Assembly (NCBI GenBank): GCA_965198235.1
Contig: OZ240248.1
Span: forward strand, 928,001-992,000
Direction of reading: 5' to 3'
DNA length: 64,000 nt
Source of the DNA: Candidatus Poribacteria bacterium
GTDB taxonomy: Bacteria; Poribacteria; WGA-4E; WGA-3G
Part shown: piece after piece, positions 49,697 to 60,073 of the stretch
How the letters are laid out: every line of letters starts with the position of its first letter
Position numbering within the stretch: the first letter of the stretch is position 1
The notes under the pieces: model-generated
Told to the model about the DNA's origin: nothing
Seen by the model: only the letters and a program-made list of their open reading frames with translations
Databases searched by the model: none
Program-made: the position numbers and the translations under genes

Positions 49697-49725
49697 AGTA
49701 TAGCATAAAATGAAGAATTTGTCAA
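49697..49725 (-). promoter_or_regulatory. Sigma70-type promoter for the epimerase-dehydrogenase genes
   Basis: Minus strand TTGACA-N17-TATACT with TG extended -10. Confidence 0.6.
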
Positions 49726-49746
49726 ATTTTCGCATAGCGCGCGAGG

Positions 49747-50784
49747 TCAGGAACATTCCAAAACTTCGCGAAGCTGTGCATCCAAATCTGTGGGAGGGTC
49801 AAAAGGGAGGTCAATCGGCTTGTGAGACATAGCACTCGCATAGATGCCCAAAACCGCATTGAACTGGTGCAAGGCAAGTTTTAGATTTGTTTCGACCGGA
49901 CGGGTATCGTCTTCAATCCAGTCGAACATCGCCTGCGTCAGACGTGCTTGTGCGAGGTCGTTCTTTGTGCGCCAAGAATCGGGGGTTTGCACGCCGTTCT
50001 CAGTTAACCCGGTGGTGATGATTTCCCATCCGCTGAATTCTTCAAAGAGGACGTGCCCGTTCTCGCCATAGGCGGCAACGCGACAGTGCTTGTAGATAGC
50101 ATCGTCGTCCATGACGCGTGGAGAGGTAAAACCGGTGTTCCAGAATCCGTAGACCCCGTTTTCAAACAAGACCTGACACGACGTTGTATCAGGAGCAGGA
50201 TAGCCACTATCAAGCGACTCAGCACCGCTCGCAGTGCCGAAGACCCTGACAATAGGCGAATCGTTGTTTAGGGACATCGCCCAATCAATGATATGCGTGC
50301 CTTGGGCGGTGAGGTTCATACCACACGAAAAATCTAAAAGGCGGATCTTTCCCAATTCACCGCTCTCCACTGCCTGTCGGCAATTGGTGAAGTCGGGATG
50401 CCATCGGTACTGTTTGCCAACTCCGAATTTTGTAGAGGTCTGCGCCTCCAACTCGCATAGAAAACGCCAGTCCTCGACACCGCAGGCAATAGGCTTTTCA
50501 ACGAGGCACGCCGGCACACCCAATTCTGATACCATCGGCATAAGCTCACGCCACTGGTCAGGCATTGCGACGAGGTGAACCAAATCAGGCTGCTCTACGC
50601 GGAGCATCTGTTCAGCATCTGCATAGCCGGTGATACCGAAGGTCTCGGCGAATTTTTCACGTCGGGCGACATCTGAACGGTTTGCGCACGCGACTAACTC
50701 GCCACTCGAAATATGTTGATAGGCATTCGCATGACCATAAGCTCTACCACCGCAGCCAATGATCGCACTCCGATATTTTGACAT
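49747..50784 (-). CDS. Gfo/Idh/MocA family oxidoreductase
   Basis: IIGCGGR, VEKPIA, GTHIID; start MSKYRS at 50784. Confidence 0.88.
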   Translation of the reverse strand: MSKYRSAIIGCGGRAYGHANAYQHISSGELVACANRSDVARREKFAETFGITGYADAEQMLRVEQPDLVHLVAMPDQWRELMPMVSELGVPACLVEKPIACGVEDWRFLCELEAQTSTKFGVGKQYRWHPDFTNCRQAVESGELGKIRLLDFSCGMNLTAQGTHIIDWAMSLNNDSPIVRVFGTASGAESLDSGYPAPDTTSCQVLFENGVYGFWNTGFTSPRVMDDDAIYKHCRVAAYGENGHVLFEEFSGWEIITTGLTENGVQTPDSWRTKNDLAQARLTQAMFDWIEDDTRPVETNLKLALHQFNAVLGIYASAMSHKPIDLPFDPPTDLDAQLREVLECS

Positions 50785-50925
50785 TTTTTTAATTATTGGC
50801 TCCTGGGCTGCCTTCCAAATGTAAAGCAAAGACAAATTATGCCATTTAAGGCATAATTTCATTTCAGGCAGGTTTATAGTCCTCTTGGACGGATATTCTA
50901 AAGTTGTGCCCTAAAATAGAAAACA

Positions 50926-51036
50926 GGACTTACGCAGCCTTGAGGCGGGTTCCCTATCTGTATGTGCCGCGTCCACTGATCCCTATGGGTAGGGTGTGGT
51001 TTGAAACCACACCCTACCGGGGAATTGCGTAAGTCC
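50926..51036. mobile_element. MITE with GGACTTACGCA terminal inverted repeats and nested REP hairpin
   Basis: GGACTTACGCA (50926-50936) ... TGCGTAAGTCC (51026-51036); internal GTAGGGTGTGGTTTGAAACCACACCCTAC. Confidence 0.65.
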
Positions 51037-51140
51037 GAAAAAGAGAAAATTTCGCTACAGATATCAGAGGCGGTCGGGATTCACCCGAAACCACCGCGAA
51101 ATGTAACGGAGCGGTGCCCAAAGGGGCCCCATAGTTAAAA

Positions 51141-51980
51141 TTAATGCTCTGATTTTACGCGTGCCCACACCGTTGTCAAACGACCTTCTGGTGACACAGG
51201 CGTAAATCCAAAGAGTTTCCCAAGTCCCTCGCTCATGATGTCATTGACATCGGCTTCACTTAAAGCGGTATTGAAAACAGCAACATCATCCATGAGACCC
51301 CATCCGGGTCGCTGATCCACCATACCACCAATCTGGAGTGACTGTCCCGTCAATCCAAAAACACCACCCGTATTGGATTGTGCATCAACTTTGCCATCTA
51401 TATAGGCTATCATCTTCTTTCCATCATAAGTGAAAGCGATGTGATGCCATTTATCGTCGTTGACGAGCGTTGGACCCGAAACCCATGCCGGTGCGAGTTG
51501 TCCACTGCCGATTTCAACCTTACCGTGACCGCCGCCTCGTCCGGGTCCAAAGATATTCAGCAGACACGTATATTGAAAGTTAATGATGGCATGGTCGTCG
51601 TTACAGCAACCGCCCAAGACGACTTTCTTCTTTTTCTTGAGTTTCACCCACGTCGTCGTGGTATATTTCTCAGCACAACTGTCCAAACTTTTTGAAGTCG
51701 GGACCATAGCGACTTGGAATTCGTCGTCCCCGGAGAGACTCAATGCCCCATCGAATTTTCCATCATCTACCAATTCGGCACCTTTCAGCAATTCAGCATC
51801 ATTGCCGTTTTTGGTAGAATCGGGAGACATATCTTTGTTAGTGACCTCATCAAAGAGCCATACGCCAACGATGCTTTTTGCATCAATTGCCGCATCGCTC
51901 ACAGGTGCAAATATCACTGGGATAGCCATTAAACAAACTATTCCCAGAATAGACAGTTTTCGCAAAACAATTTCCTCCAT
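51141..51980 (-). CDS. Secreted LamG/concanavalin-like protein with C-terminal LTTVW tail
   Basis: Signal peptide, GVWLFDE, GKFDGAL, KWHHIAFTYDG, YIDG, MDDVAVFN.AL; ends PVSPEGRLTTVWARVKSEH. Confidence 0.88.
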   Translation of the reverse strand: MEEIVLRKLSILGIVCLMAIPVIFAPVSDAAIDAKSIVGVWLFDEVTNKDMSPDSTKNGNDAELLKGAELVDDGKFDGALSLSGDDEFQVAMVPTSKSLDSCAEKYTTTTWVKLKKKKKVVLGGCCNDDHAIINFQYTCLLNIFGPGRGGGHGKVEIGSGQLAPAWVSGPTLVNDDKWHHIAFTYDGKKMIAYIDGKVDAQSNTGGVFGLTGQSLQIGGMVDQRPGWGLMDDVAVFNTALSEADVNDIMSEGLGKLFGFTPVSPEGRLTTVWARVKSEH

Positions 51981-52108
51981 CGTTCAAAATATTCATTATT
52001 TTATCTTAACGGTGCGAAGATGTCAATACAAAAAAGATGTGCAGCTTCACGCTGAATCTGCTAAAATAGACGGAAGAAGTCAACAAACAATTATGGGAGG
52101 AGATACAC

Positions 52109-52873
52109 ATGAAAAGTCTAACAGGTTTGATGCTTTCAGTGAGCATTTTTTGTTATTTCGGTGTTGCTGGCGAACTGAAAGGTGCCACCGCTGAAGCGAT
52201 AGGTGTATGGCTCTTTGATGAAGGCAATGGCAATATTGTCAAAGACGCATCAGGGAACGGACACGACGGCGAGATTATCGGCGAGGTGGCGTGGGTTGAC
52301 GGAAAATTTGAGTCCGCGCTCGAATTTGATGACGGGCATGTCCTTGTGCCACATGAAGATGTTATGAACCTCAGACAGTGGACGATGACAGCATGGATAA
52401 AAGTCCCTAAGATTGTCGAGCCTTACCAAGTGATCGTTGGCAAAGAAACGTGGCCAAACCGAAACTATACGATGTGGATTCGTCCTGGTGTAATGACGTT
52501 TGGGTTTACGCTCCCTGCGGGCGCGCAAGACCTGCAGGTGGGCAGTAAAGTTGTCACTGACAATAAGTGGCATTTCGTCGCAGGTGTATACGACGAAAAG
52601 AATCTCATCCCTTACGTTGATGGCGAACAATTTAATCCACGCGCAGCCGCTGGAAAACCCGCAACGAGTAACGCACCATTGATTATAGGTGCCCAAGGAC
52701 CCGATGGTAAAAACGGACCCTTGAAAGGTATCATTGATGCGGTCGCTGTTTATGACACAGCATTGGATGAAGATGAACTCGCTGAAGTGATGGAGAGTCT
52801 CACGAAACAATTTCAAGCAGTGGAAGTAACGGGAAAATTAACTGTGACGTGGGGACATCTTAAAGAGAGATAG
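52109..52873 (+). CDS. Secreted LamG/concanavalin-like protein with C-terminal LTVTWG tail
   Basis: GVWLFDEG.G..VKDASGNGHDG, KWHFVAGVYD, YVDG, IDAVAVY..AL; ends AVEVTGKLTVTWGHLKER. Confidence 0.88.
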   Translation: MKSLTGLMLSVSIFCYFGVAGELKGATAEAIGVWLFDEGNGNIVKDASGNGHDGEIIGEVAWVDGKFESALEFDDGHVLVPHEDVMNLRQWTMTAWIKVPKIVEPYQVIVGKETWPNRNYTMWIRPGVMTFGFTLPAGAQDLQVGSKVVTDNKWHFVAGVYDEKNLIPYVDGEQFNPRAAAGKPATSNAPLIIGAQGPDGKNGPLKGIIDAVAVYDTALDEDELAEVMESLTKQFQAVEVTGKLTVTWGHLKER

Positions 52874-53353
52874 CGTTTTTAGTAGTTTTCAGTTAACAGT
52901 TTTAACCATCAACTCGCCTCCGTTATAAATGTTAAAGCACGAGTTGATGGTTAAAGTTAAACACATTGAGGCAGGTCTGTTTTCGGTTACCGCCACGCGT
53001 ACATCTCCCGATAACTATTTCCACTAACGACTGAAGAGTTTATACAGCACCTAAGACACTTCTATTAGCAGTGCTAACTGAAATTAACCAGAAACCCTCG
53101 TGAAACGAAATTAGGTTTCCTTAAATGGCATAATTTTGCTTCGCAGTGAGAATGCTTTACATTTGGAACGATGCACGATGGACGATCATTTAAAAAACTT
53201 ATGTAAACAGAAAAACCGAATTTGTCGTTTGCAATCAAGATTCAATCTTAAATTCCGTATTACTGCAAACAGACAGCTTCCATAAGGCTTTAGCAACGCT
53301 GCGATCTTAGCATCCATGGAAACGCAGTAAATACGAAAAAATCAGGAATATAC

Positions 53354-56300
53354 GTGCAGATACATTTTTTGTCGAAATTTGTAGACCAGTTAACCTTAAT
53401 AAAAAGGCAGAACCTGCTGTTAAAAACTGGGATTATTCTTATCATCGTCCTCTGTTCAACCTCTGAAGTTGTCGTAAGTCGTATTGCTGAAGAAGAGACC
53501 GAACCCAAAAAGCAAACGCCAACAGAACCCGCAACCCCTGACAATCGCTCTACCGTTCCTGATTCTGGCGAGCCCACAACACCACCCAAAAATCAACGTT
53601 ACACCGGCTTTGGATTATCCACCCGCAACCCCTTCGACAACGATAGCAAATCAAAGCACTTCATTTGGCAAGACGAACAGGAACAAATCGAGGTTCCTGA
53701 CCAAGCAGAGGCCGAAGACCTCCTCATACAACCTTACCTGGACAGTCTACGACGCTGGCGGAATCCCCCCTATTTAACCGATCTCAGCAAACTTTATAAT
53801 TGGAAACCGAAGCCGAAGCGCGATGAAAAAGGCATTGCCCTCCCGATGGATTCCAATCTCAGGATAACAGGCTTACAATCTGTAACCGTAGAGGCGAACA
53901 AAACCCACTACTTCGGCGAAGGGGACCTGAATCGATACGGCGGCTATGGTTATGGCGGCGGCTACGGCGGCTACTCATCAGGACTTGACTTGGGACTCAC
54001 CTCGTCTTATGGTTACGAAGACTTCGGCTATAGCAGCAGTGGCTTCGGTGGTGGAGGCTACGGTTCAGGGTATGGGAGCGGCTACAGCAGTTATGGCTCA
54101 GGCTACGGTTCAAGTTATGGTGGTTATAGCGGTGGATATGGTAGTGGTGGTGCACCGCGAGCGACAGGATTTAATTTGCGTCAGATACAGCAATTCGGTC
54201 TTCACGGTCGTGTGGGAAAACGGACGCATATCGCTGTAGATTATAGTGCTGGCGGTAGTGGTTTCGGTAGTGGGGGATATGGCGGGGGATATGGCGGATA
54301 CGGCGGGGGTTACGGAGGTGGATACGGCATCGGCGGCACAAAGGAACAGAAGATTAAAATCTGGTACGAAGGCACACCGGAAAGTATTATAAAAACTATC
54401 TCCTTTGGCGACATCACCCTCAGTTTGCCGAACACCCGTTTTCTGAACATCAACCGGAATCTGTTCGGACTTGAAGGCGTTTTTGAATGGAAAAACACCC
54501 GTCTTACGGCGTTCGGTTCTCGAAGTAAGGGGATACGCGAGGTGCGCACCTTCCGTGGACAGTCGCGGCGCGCTGGCGGCGGCTACGGTTATGGACCGCG
54601 CGGGATTCAGATACCGGATATCAACTACGTTAAAAACCGGTTCTATCACATCCACACAGATGAGGACAGATTCCTGCATGACGCATACCTCCCCATCAAA
54701 TCAGGGAGCGAGCAAATTTTCATCGACGACGGTGTTGTAGGGAACAATCAGGGGGGCAAACGGACGAGTCGAGGCTACTTTAACCCACAATTCTCTGGTC
54801 AGGACTACAATATTGACTACGAAACCGGTGAAATAGAATTCCTATCTCCGATTTCTGCAAACTATACCATCGTTGTTGCGTATGAATACTTAGGAGATGG
54901 CGGTGGCACCGTTGGTAACACTGAAAAGGTCTTTGTTGATGAAAACGACGACGGAAGACTTGACGAAGAAGGTGAGGAAATCGGCTACGTAGTGCTAAAA
55001 GAGAAGGGACTTCGCGGTACAGAGGCAACGCACGTTTATAGTCTCGGCAACCGTAACATCAATCCACGCGATTTCACACTCACACTCCTCCGACAAGGAC
55101 AGAGCGACACCTTTCAGACGAATACCCGCTCCGTCCCGTACATCGAAATCTTTGAGTTGGACCAAAACAGTGACGGTATTGTGGATGCACAGTTTATAGA
55201 CTACGACAGAGGTTTGCTCCGTTTCCCGACAACAAATCCGTTTCAAATCGTAGACCCAAGCCATCCATATTACGCCTATCGCGATTCGCTCAGCAACACC
55301 GATATCTATCTCGAAGGTGTCCGAACAGATGCCCAAATCTACACAATTATTGCGGACTACGCGTATCAATCAGAAACGTACAACGTAGGCTTGTTTGTGA
55401 TCCCAGACAGCGAGACGGTCCGATTGAACGGACAAGTCTTGACTCGCGATACCGACTATATGATGCTTTATGAGGTCGGGACCATCCGATTCTTCAGACA
55501 ACTCGACGAGTTCGATGAGATCGTTGTGGAATTTGAAAAGACCCCTTTTGGCGGTTCATCACAACAAGCTGTAGCCGGCGTCTGGTTAGAGTATACGCAT
55601 AAACCGAAATCCAAGTCTGAGAGAGAACAGAGCCTTGAGGATAGATTCAATCGGTTAGGTGGCATCCAAACGATGGACTCAGATATGCTTGGTGAAGGAA
55701 CGGATGCCTTCGGTCAGGGACTGTCAGGCGGACTTCAACGGAGGAGCAGAGGTTTCGGGGGTAGTTCTCGCCGCGGTAGAGGCGGTTTCGGGGGTGGATT
55801 CGGCGGCAGTAGATTTGGTGGAGGCTATGGCAGCTACAGCAGTTTAGGAGGTCGCTCGCGAAGCTACTCCGGCAGTTATGGCGGCGCGATGAACTATTTC
55901 AACCCCGTTTTTCAAAAAGGATTTTCGCTCTCAACGGGTTATATTCTGAACACCGGACAAAAACCAGCGGAAGTACCAGATGTGAATAGCGTTCCAAACC
56001 GCTTACAAGCGTTCAACATAAACACGAGTTTTGGAAGAGAGTTTAACGTTGCTGGTATTTTAAACCTATTGCCCTTTATTAACATAAGAAATCTCCCGCT
56101 CTCACTTGACTTCAGTGGAGAAGCGGCCTATTCACATAACAACCCAAATAGTATTGGAGTCGCGCTCATTGATAGCATGGAAGGAGCAAAGGAATCAACG
56201 ACCGTGCCGACATTGAAATACAATTGGAAGCCAAGCAGTCTGCCGCACGTATCTGAGAGTGAGCCAACAACTCCTGGAGATGCCGCTTACCGTGTTATAC

Positions 56301-59300
56301 CGACCGACGAGAATAGAGCGATTTTTAACGTTGTGCTAAAAGATAAAAACGAAACGGAAGCAATAGGCAACTACATGCGGAACCGAGACGTGCCAGCCTC
56401 GTCAATTCAACCGCTCTCCCTCTCGACCGAAGAACGCCTCATTATGGAACTCGGCTACAATTTTACAGACGTGGTCGCCGAGTGGGGAGGCCTTTCAAAT
56501 GGCCTCTCCGCATCCGGGGTAGACTATTCGGAACGCAGCTTCGTTGAAATCTGGATGCGCGTCCAAGGCGACGACAATGTGACACTACATCTGAACCTTG
56601 GGGTAGTGAACGAAGATGTAGATGCCGATGAACGATTGGATAGTGAAGATCTTCCAGAAACGCTAACAGATACAAATGGAGACCGGAGCATCGATGCATT
56701 GGATTTAGATCTCGAGAATCTCTCACACATCGATCGCTATCGTGGGAACGGTGCCCTCGATACAGGCGAGGACGTAGGATGGGGGCTCAACGGTCCGCTT
56801 GAAAGAACATCTATCGGCGTAGGCAACCAGATTCTGGACAGCGAAGATCTCAACGGTGACGGTGTACTTGACAGTATAGATGCATATTTTGAGGTTGCAA
56901 TACCACTGAATGAAATTCCGAAAGAATGGGTTAAAAGCAAAAATGCAAACGGTTGGATGTTCCTCAGCATTCCACTCTCTAAATTTACGCCAGCAGGTTC
57001 CCGCCTGCCCAGTCTCGTTTTTGTGCAACACTTCCGATTCTGGCTAAGCAAAAACGGACCCGGCAACGTAGAAGGTTTATTGCAATGGGCGGATATTGAA
57101 ATTGTTGGCAACAAATGGAAACAGGGGATTATAACTCGGTCAAGTTCCCAGCCTACCATCGAATCCATAATTGACAACCCAGCACTCGCCTCCACCGGAG
57201 AAACCTTGTCAACCAGTACAATTGTGGAAGACACATTGGAAAAATTCATCGTCGGCACGAGGGATAACTTCAGTTATGATGCATATCAAAGTGCGTATCT
57301 GGATATTGAAGATAACGAGCTCTTCAAAAAATTACATCCATTCACAGCCACTTCACTCGGTTTTCAAACACAACAGCAACGTGAACAGACACTTAGTCTC
57401 GAATATTACCTCTTTCCCGGCTCCTACGGTGTCACCTCGAAACAATTGAAAGGCTTAACACAAAGTGAAGGGCAAGATTTCAGCAAACACGATACACTCC
57501 GATTTTGGCTCTATGGTGACAAAAGCGATACAACCTTCGTTTTACAACTCGCACCAACTGTCCGAACCGGCTACCGTAGTTCCTTCTATAGTTCAGATCC
57601 GTTTGTCAATCAGACCCAACAGGAACAAAACATCAACGTTTTCGAGAATCTAACAGACTACTATGAATATACAGTCCCAATCGACTTTGAGGGTTGGAAG
57701 TTAATTGAGATTGATTTGCAGGACCTGCGCAGAAATAACTATCCGGATGTGAAAGAAACTGATTCCACGCTTCCTTCAGCCGAATCGGTTGTTGCGGAAA
57801 CGAATGGCGGCGAAGTCGCAATTAACACTACTTCCGAAAGCGCAGACGATGCACCAGATGGACAACCCGACGGTTTCACGATTAGAGGTGGGAATAGCAC
57901 GCGACTTTCTATCAAAAATATCGGCGGCATCCTTCTGGGTATACGTAACGACACTGGACGCGAAATCAGCGGAGAAATCTGGGTAAACGAGATTCACCTC
58001 GGCGATCCGCTTGTACGTGCAGGATGGGCACGCCGTGGAAATATGGCGGTGTCCCTCGGCAGAATCGCTAAATTACGCGGCGGCTACGCAAGCCAAGATA
58101 AAGATTTTGAAAGTGGTGCGGGTGAAGTCGGTAGACAACGGCTCTCCTCACGCGGGTATAGCACGACAAACAACGACTTCAATATCGATGCAGATGTCAC
58201 TCTATTCCCGTGGCTGCCGATCCGGTACGGGGTCCGACACCAAAACACGGAAACCGAGAGCCAGCGCGGAAGTTACAGCAGCTTCCAGAGTGGGAAAAGT
58301 GAAATCCGCACTCGAGATATTTCTGTGCAGTTCACTCAAAACCCGTATCCGAATCTCGGTTTCGCTTACAACTACCAAGATTTTTGGAATGAACGCCAAG
58401 GCACGCAAATTAGCCACCTCTATACGGGTAGCTTTCGGTATGAACTCGGTTCAAAACTCGGGGTCAACGCGCAGTACCGGCACGAAGACATACTCGCCAA
58501 ACCCGAAACCGCAACAGAGACATCTTCGACTTCAACATCCTACTATAGTTACGGCTACGGTAGAAATCGAGACGAAAAAACAGATAGCGGCACCATAACA
58601 TTTAATATCAGCCCGACAAATATCTTCAGTCTGAACCCCAGTTACGATGTCCGTCGGACGCTTGAAAGACGGGAAGAGCAAGACTCCAGATCCCCACTTG
58701 CAGGTAATATAACGACAGAACCGGAAACCCCCGAATCCGAAGAAGAGAAAACAGCCGAAGATGTTAAATGGTCAATTGCTCAGCGAGAACATCGGTTGTC
58801 GCTTACCCCACGCTTAAACCGGGATCTGCTCGGCATGCGCCCCACCGTAACAAGCCGGATGAGTTTTCGTGAGAACTGGTTCCGTGAACAGAAAAACGCT
58901 TCACTCAACGGAAACGTCAGCCTCGGCGTGAACCTCCGCATTCAAAAATGGTTCGGATGGTTCCTCAGAGAGAAAACACCTGAAACCGAAAACGATTCAA
59001 ATGAATCTCAAGATGGAACAGCACCGCCTTCAGAAAGTAGTCCCATAGAATCGTTGAAAGGTGGCGAAGGTACAGAAATAACCGAACAATTGCGGGAAAA
59101 TGGTATTGACGAAACACAAATCCAAGAATTGGAAGAGAATTCTTCGACTTGGATCGAACGCGATAAAGGTGAGTTGCCGTCTGCGGGCACGGAAACCGGA
59201 AATAGCGGAACACAAGAGGGTGCAGTGCCAGAGGTCAAGGACGGTATCCTGCATCGAATTCTGAAAAGTTTCACTGTCAGCACCAACGCAAACTTCACCG

Positions 59301-60073
59301 CTACCGAATCGTATCGGCAACTTGCCTCTGGGCTATCAATGTTAGAAATCTATTCGCTTGCGGACGATGCAAAGGAACGGACGAACTCTCGGCGTAGCAA
59401 TCGCTATACAGTACGTAGCTCGGTAGACCCGTGGAATTGGGCATCTTTCGGAACAAACGTCAGCACTTCCGATAGTTTCCGGAAAAGTTCAGGTACAACC
59501 TACATACAGAACACCAATGCCTACGGAGCCGACGTAAAACTGAAAGCGCGAGAAACTTCCAGTTTCCAACTTCGCTATAGTTATACAACACGAAATAACG
59601 GGAGGCTGGATGCTATACTCGGTGACAGCAAAGCACACACGCCTTCACTCAGTTGGATACAGACATGGGGTAAAGAGACTCGGACAGCGTTGGGTGTACG
59701 TACGACACTTCGAGACCAGCTACGGAGCGGTATTCAGAGCAACGCGCTCATCGTCACTCCAAACTTGAGTATTGACTACAGATACCGTACAGAAAATGGC
59801 ATACGGATACCGTTTTTCGGTAGAATCCCCCTGAAACACGATCTCGAGTTAACCAATACTCTCTCTTGGGCTATCCGAAGAGAGCAGTACGGCGCGAACC
59901 TCGAGGAGCGTTCAGAAAGGTATGAGACGACCTTGCGCATCGGTTACAAAGTCAGCACCCATATTACAGCGAATTTCCATCTCGGCCTCAGCTACAACCA
60001 TGATAGGGTTGAAGAGGGTAGAGATTTCCTCTCCATCGCGACTGCCCTCACCGTCCGCGGCGAAATCCAATAA
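53354..60073 (+). CDS. SprA/Sov-like giant outer-membrane protein (type IX translocon-like) with Gly/Tyr/Ser-rich inserts
   Basis: IKIWYEG...IIKTISFGDITLSLP...LFG; DYNIDYETGEI; SETVRLNG..L.RDTDY...YEVGTI.F; GE.AYS..NPN..G.A.IDSMEG; SEDLNGDG.LD; GEIWVNEI; beta-strand-rich C-terminal third. Resemblance recognised by eye. Confidence 0.72.
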   Translation: MQIHFLSKFVDQLTLIKRQNLLLKTGIILIIVLCSTSEVVVSRIAEEETEPKKQTPTEPATPDNRSTVPDSGEPTTPPKNQRYTGFGLSTRNPFDNDSKSKHFIWQDEQEQIEVPDQAEAEDLLIQPYLDSLRRWRNPPYLTDLSKLYNWKPKPKRDEKGIALPMDSNLRITGLQSVTVEANKTHYFGEGDLNRYGGYGYGGGYGGYSSGLDLGLTSSYGYEDFGYSSSGFGGGGYGSGYGSGYSSYGSGYGSSYGGYSGGYGSGGAPRATGFNLRQIQQFGLHGRVGKRTHIAVDYSAGGSGFGSGGYGGGYGGYGGGYGGGYGIGGTKEQKIKIWYEGTPESIIKTISFGDITLSLPNTRFLNINRNLFGLEGVFEWKNTRLTAFGSRSKGIREVRTFRGQSRRAGGGYGYGPRGIQIPDINYVKNRFYHIHTDEDRFLHDAYLPIKSGSEQIFIDDGVVGNNQGGKRTSRGYFNPQFSGQDYNIDYETGEIEFLSPISANYTIVVAYEYLGDGGGTVGNTEKVFVDENDDGRLDEEGEEIGYVVLKEKGLRGTEATHVYSLGNRNINPRDFTLTLLRQGQSDTFQTNTRSVPYIEIFELDQNSDGIVDAQFIDYDRGLLRFPTTNPFQIVDPSHPYYAYRDSLSNTDIYLEGVRTDAQIYTIIADYAYQSETYNVGLFVIPDSETVRLNGQVLTRDTDYMMLYEVGTIRFFRQLDEFDEIVVEFEKTPFGGSSQQAVAGVWLEYTHKPKSKSEREQSLEDRFNRLGGIQTMDSDMLGEGTDAFGQGLSGGLQRRSRGFGGSSRRGRGGFGGGFGGSRFGGGYGSYSSLGGRSRSYSGSYGGAMNYFNPVFQKGFSLSTGYILNTGQKPAEVPDVNSVPNRLQAFNINTSFGREFNVAGILNLLPFINIRNLPLSLDFSGEAAYSHNNPNSIGVALIDSMEGAKESTTVPTLKYNWKPSSLPHVSESEPTTPGDAAYRVIPTDENRAIFNVVLKDKNETEAIGNYMRNRDVPASSIQPLSLSTEERLIMELGYNFTDVVAEWGGLSNGLSASGVDYSERSFVEIWMRVQGDDNVTLHLNLGVVNEDVDADERLDSEDLPETLTDTNGDRSIDALDLDLENLSHIDRYRGNGALDTGEDVGWGLNGPLERTSIGVGNQILDSEDLNGDGVLDSIDAYFEVAIPLNEIPKEWVKSKNANGWMFLSIPLSKFTPAGSRLPSLVFVQHFRFWLSKNGPGNVEGLLQWADIEIVGNKWKQGIITRSSSQPTIESIIDNPALASTGETLSTSTIVEDTLEKFIVGTRDNFSYDAYQSAYLDIEDNELFKKLHPFTATSLGFQTQQQREQTLSLEYYLFPGSYGVTSKQLKGLTQSEGQDFSKHDTLRFWLYGDKSDTTFVLQLAPTVRTGYRSSFYSSDPFVNQTQQEQNINVFENLTDYYEYTVPIDFEGWKLIEIDLQDLRRNNYPDVKETDSTLPSAESVVAETNGGEVAINTTSESADDAPDGQPDGFTIRGGNSTRLSIKNIGGILLGIRNDTGREISGEIWVNEIHLGDPLVRAGWARRGNMAVSLGRIAKLRGGYASQDKDFESGAGEVGRQRLSSRGYSTTNNDFNIDADVTLFPWLPIRYGVRHQNTETESQRGSYSSFQSGKSEIRTRDISVQFTQNPYPNLGFAYNYQDFWNERQGTQISHLYTGSFRYELGSKLGVNAQYRHEDILAKPETATETSSTSTSYYSYGYGRNRDEKTDSGTITFNISPTNIFSLNPSYDVRRTLERREEQDSRSPLAGNITTEPETPESEEEKTAEDVKWSIAQREHRLSLTPRLNRDLLGMRPTVTSRMSFRENWFREQKNASLNGNVSLGVNLRIQKWFGWFLREKTPETENDSNESQDGTAPPSESSPIESLKGGEGTEITEQLRENGIDETQIQELEENSSTWIERDKGELPSAGTETGNSGTQEGAVPEVKDGILHRILKSFTVSTNANFTATESYRQLASGLSMLEIYSLADDAKERTNSRRSNRYTVRSSVDPWNWASFGTNVSTSDSFRKSSGTTYIQNTNAYGADVKLKARETSSFQLRYSYTTRNNGRLDAILGDSKAHTPSLSWIQTWGKETRTALGVRTTLRDQLRSGIQSNALIVTPNLSIDYRYRTENGIRIPFFGRIPLKHDLELTNTLSWAIRREQYGANLEERSERYETTLRIGYKVSTHITANFHLGLSYNHDRVEEGRDFLSIATALTVRGEIQ

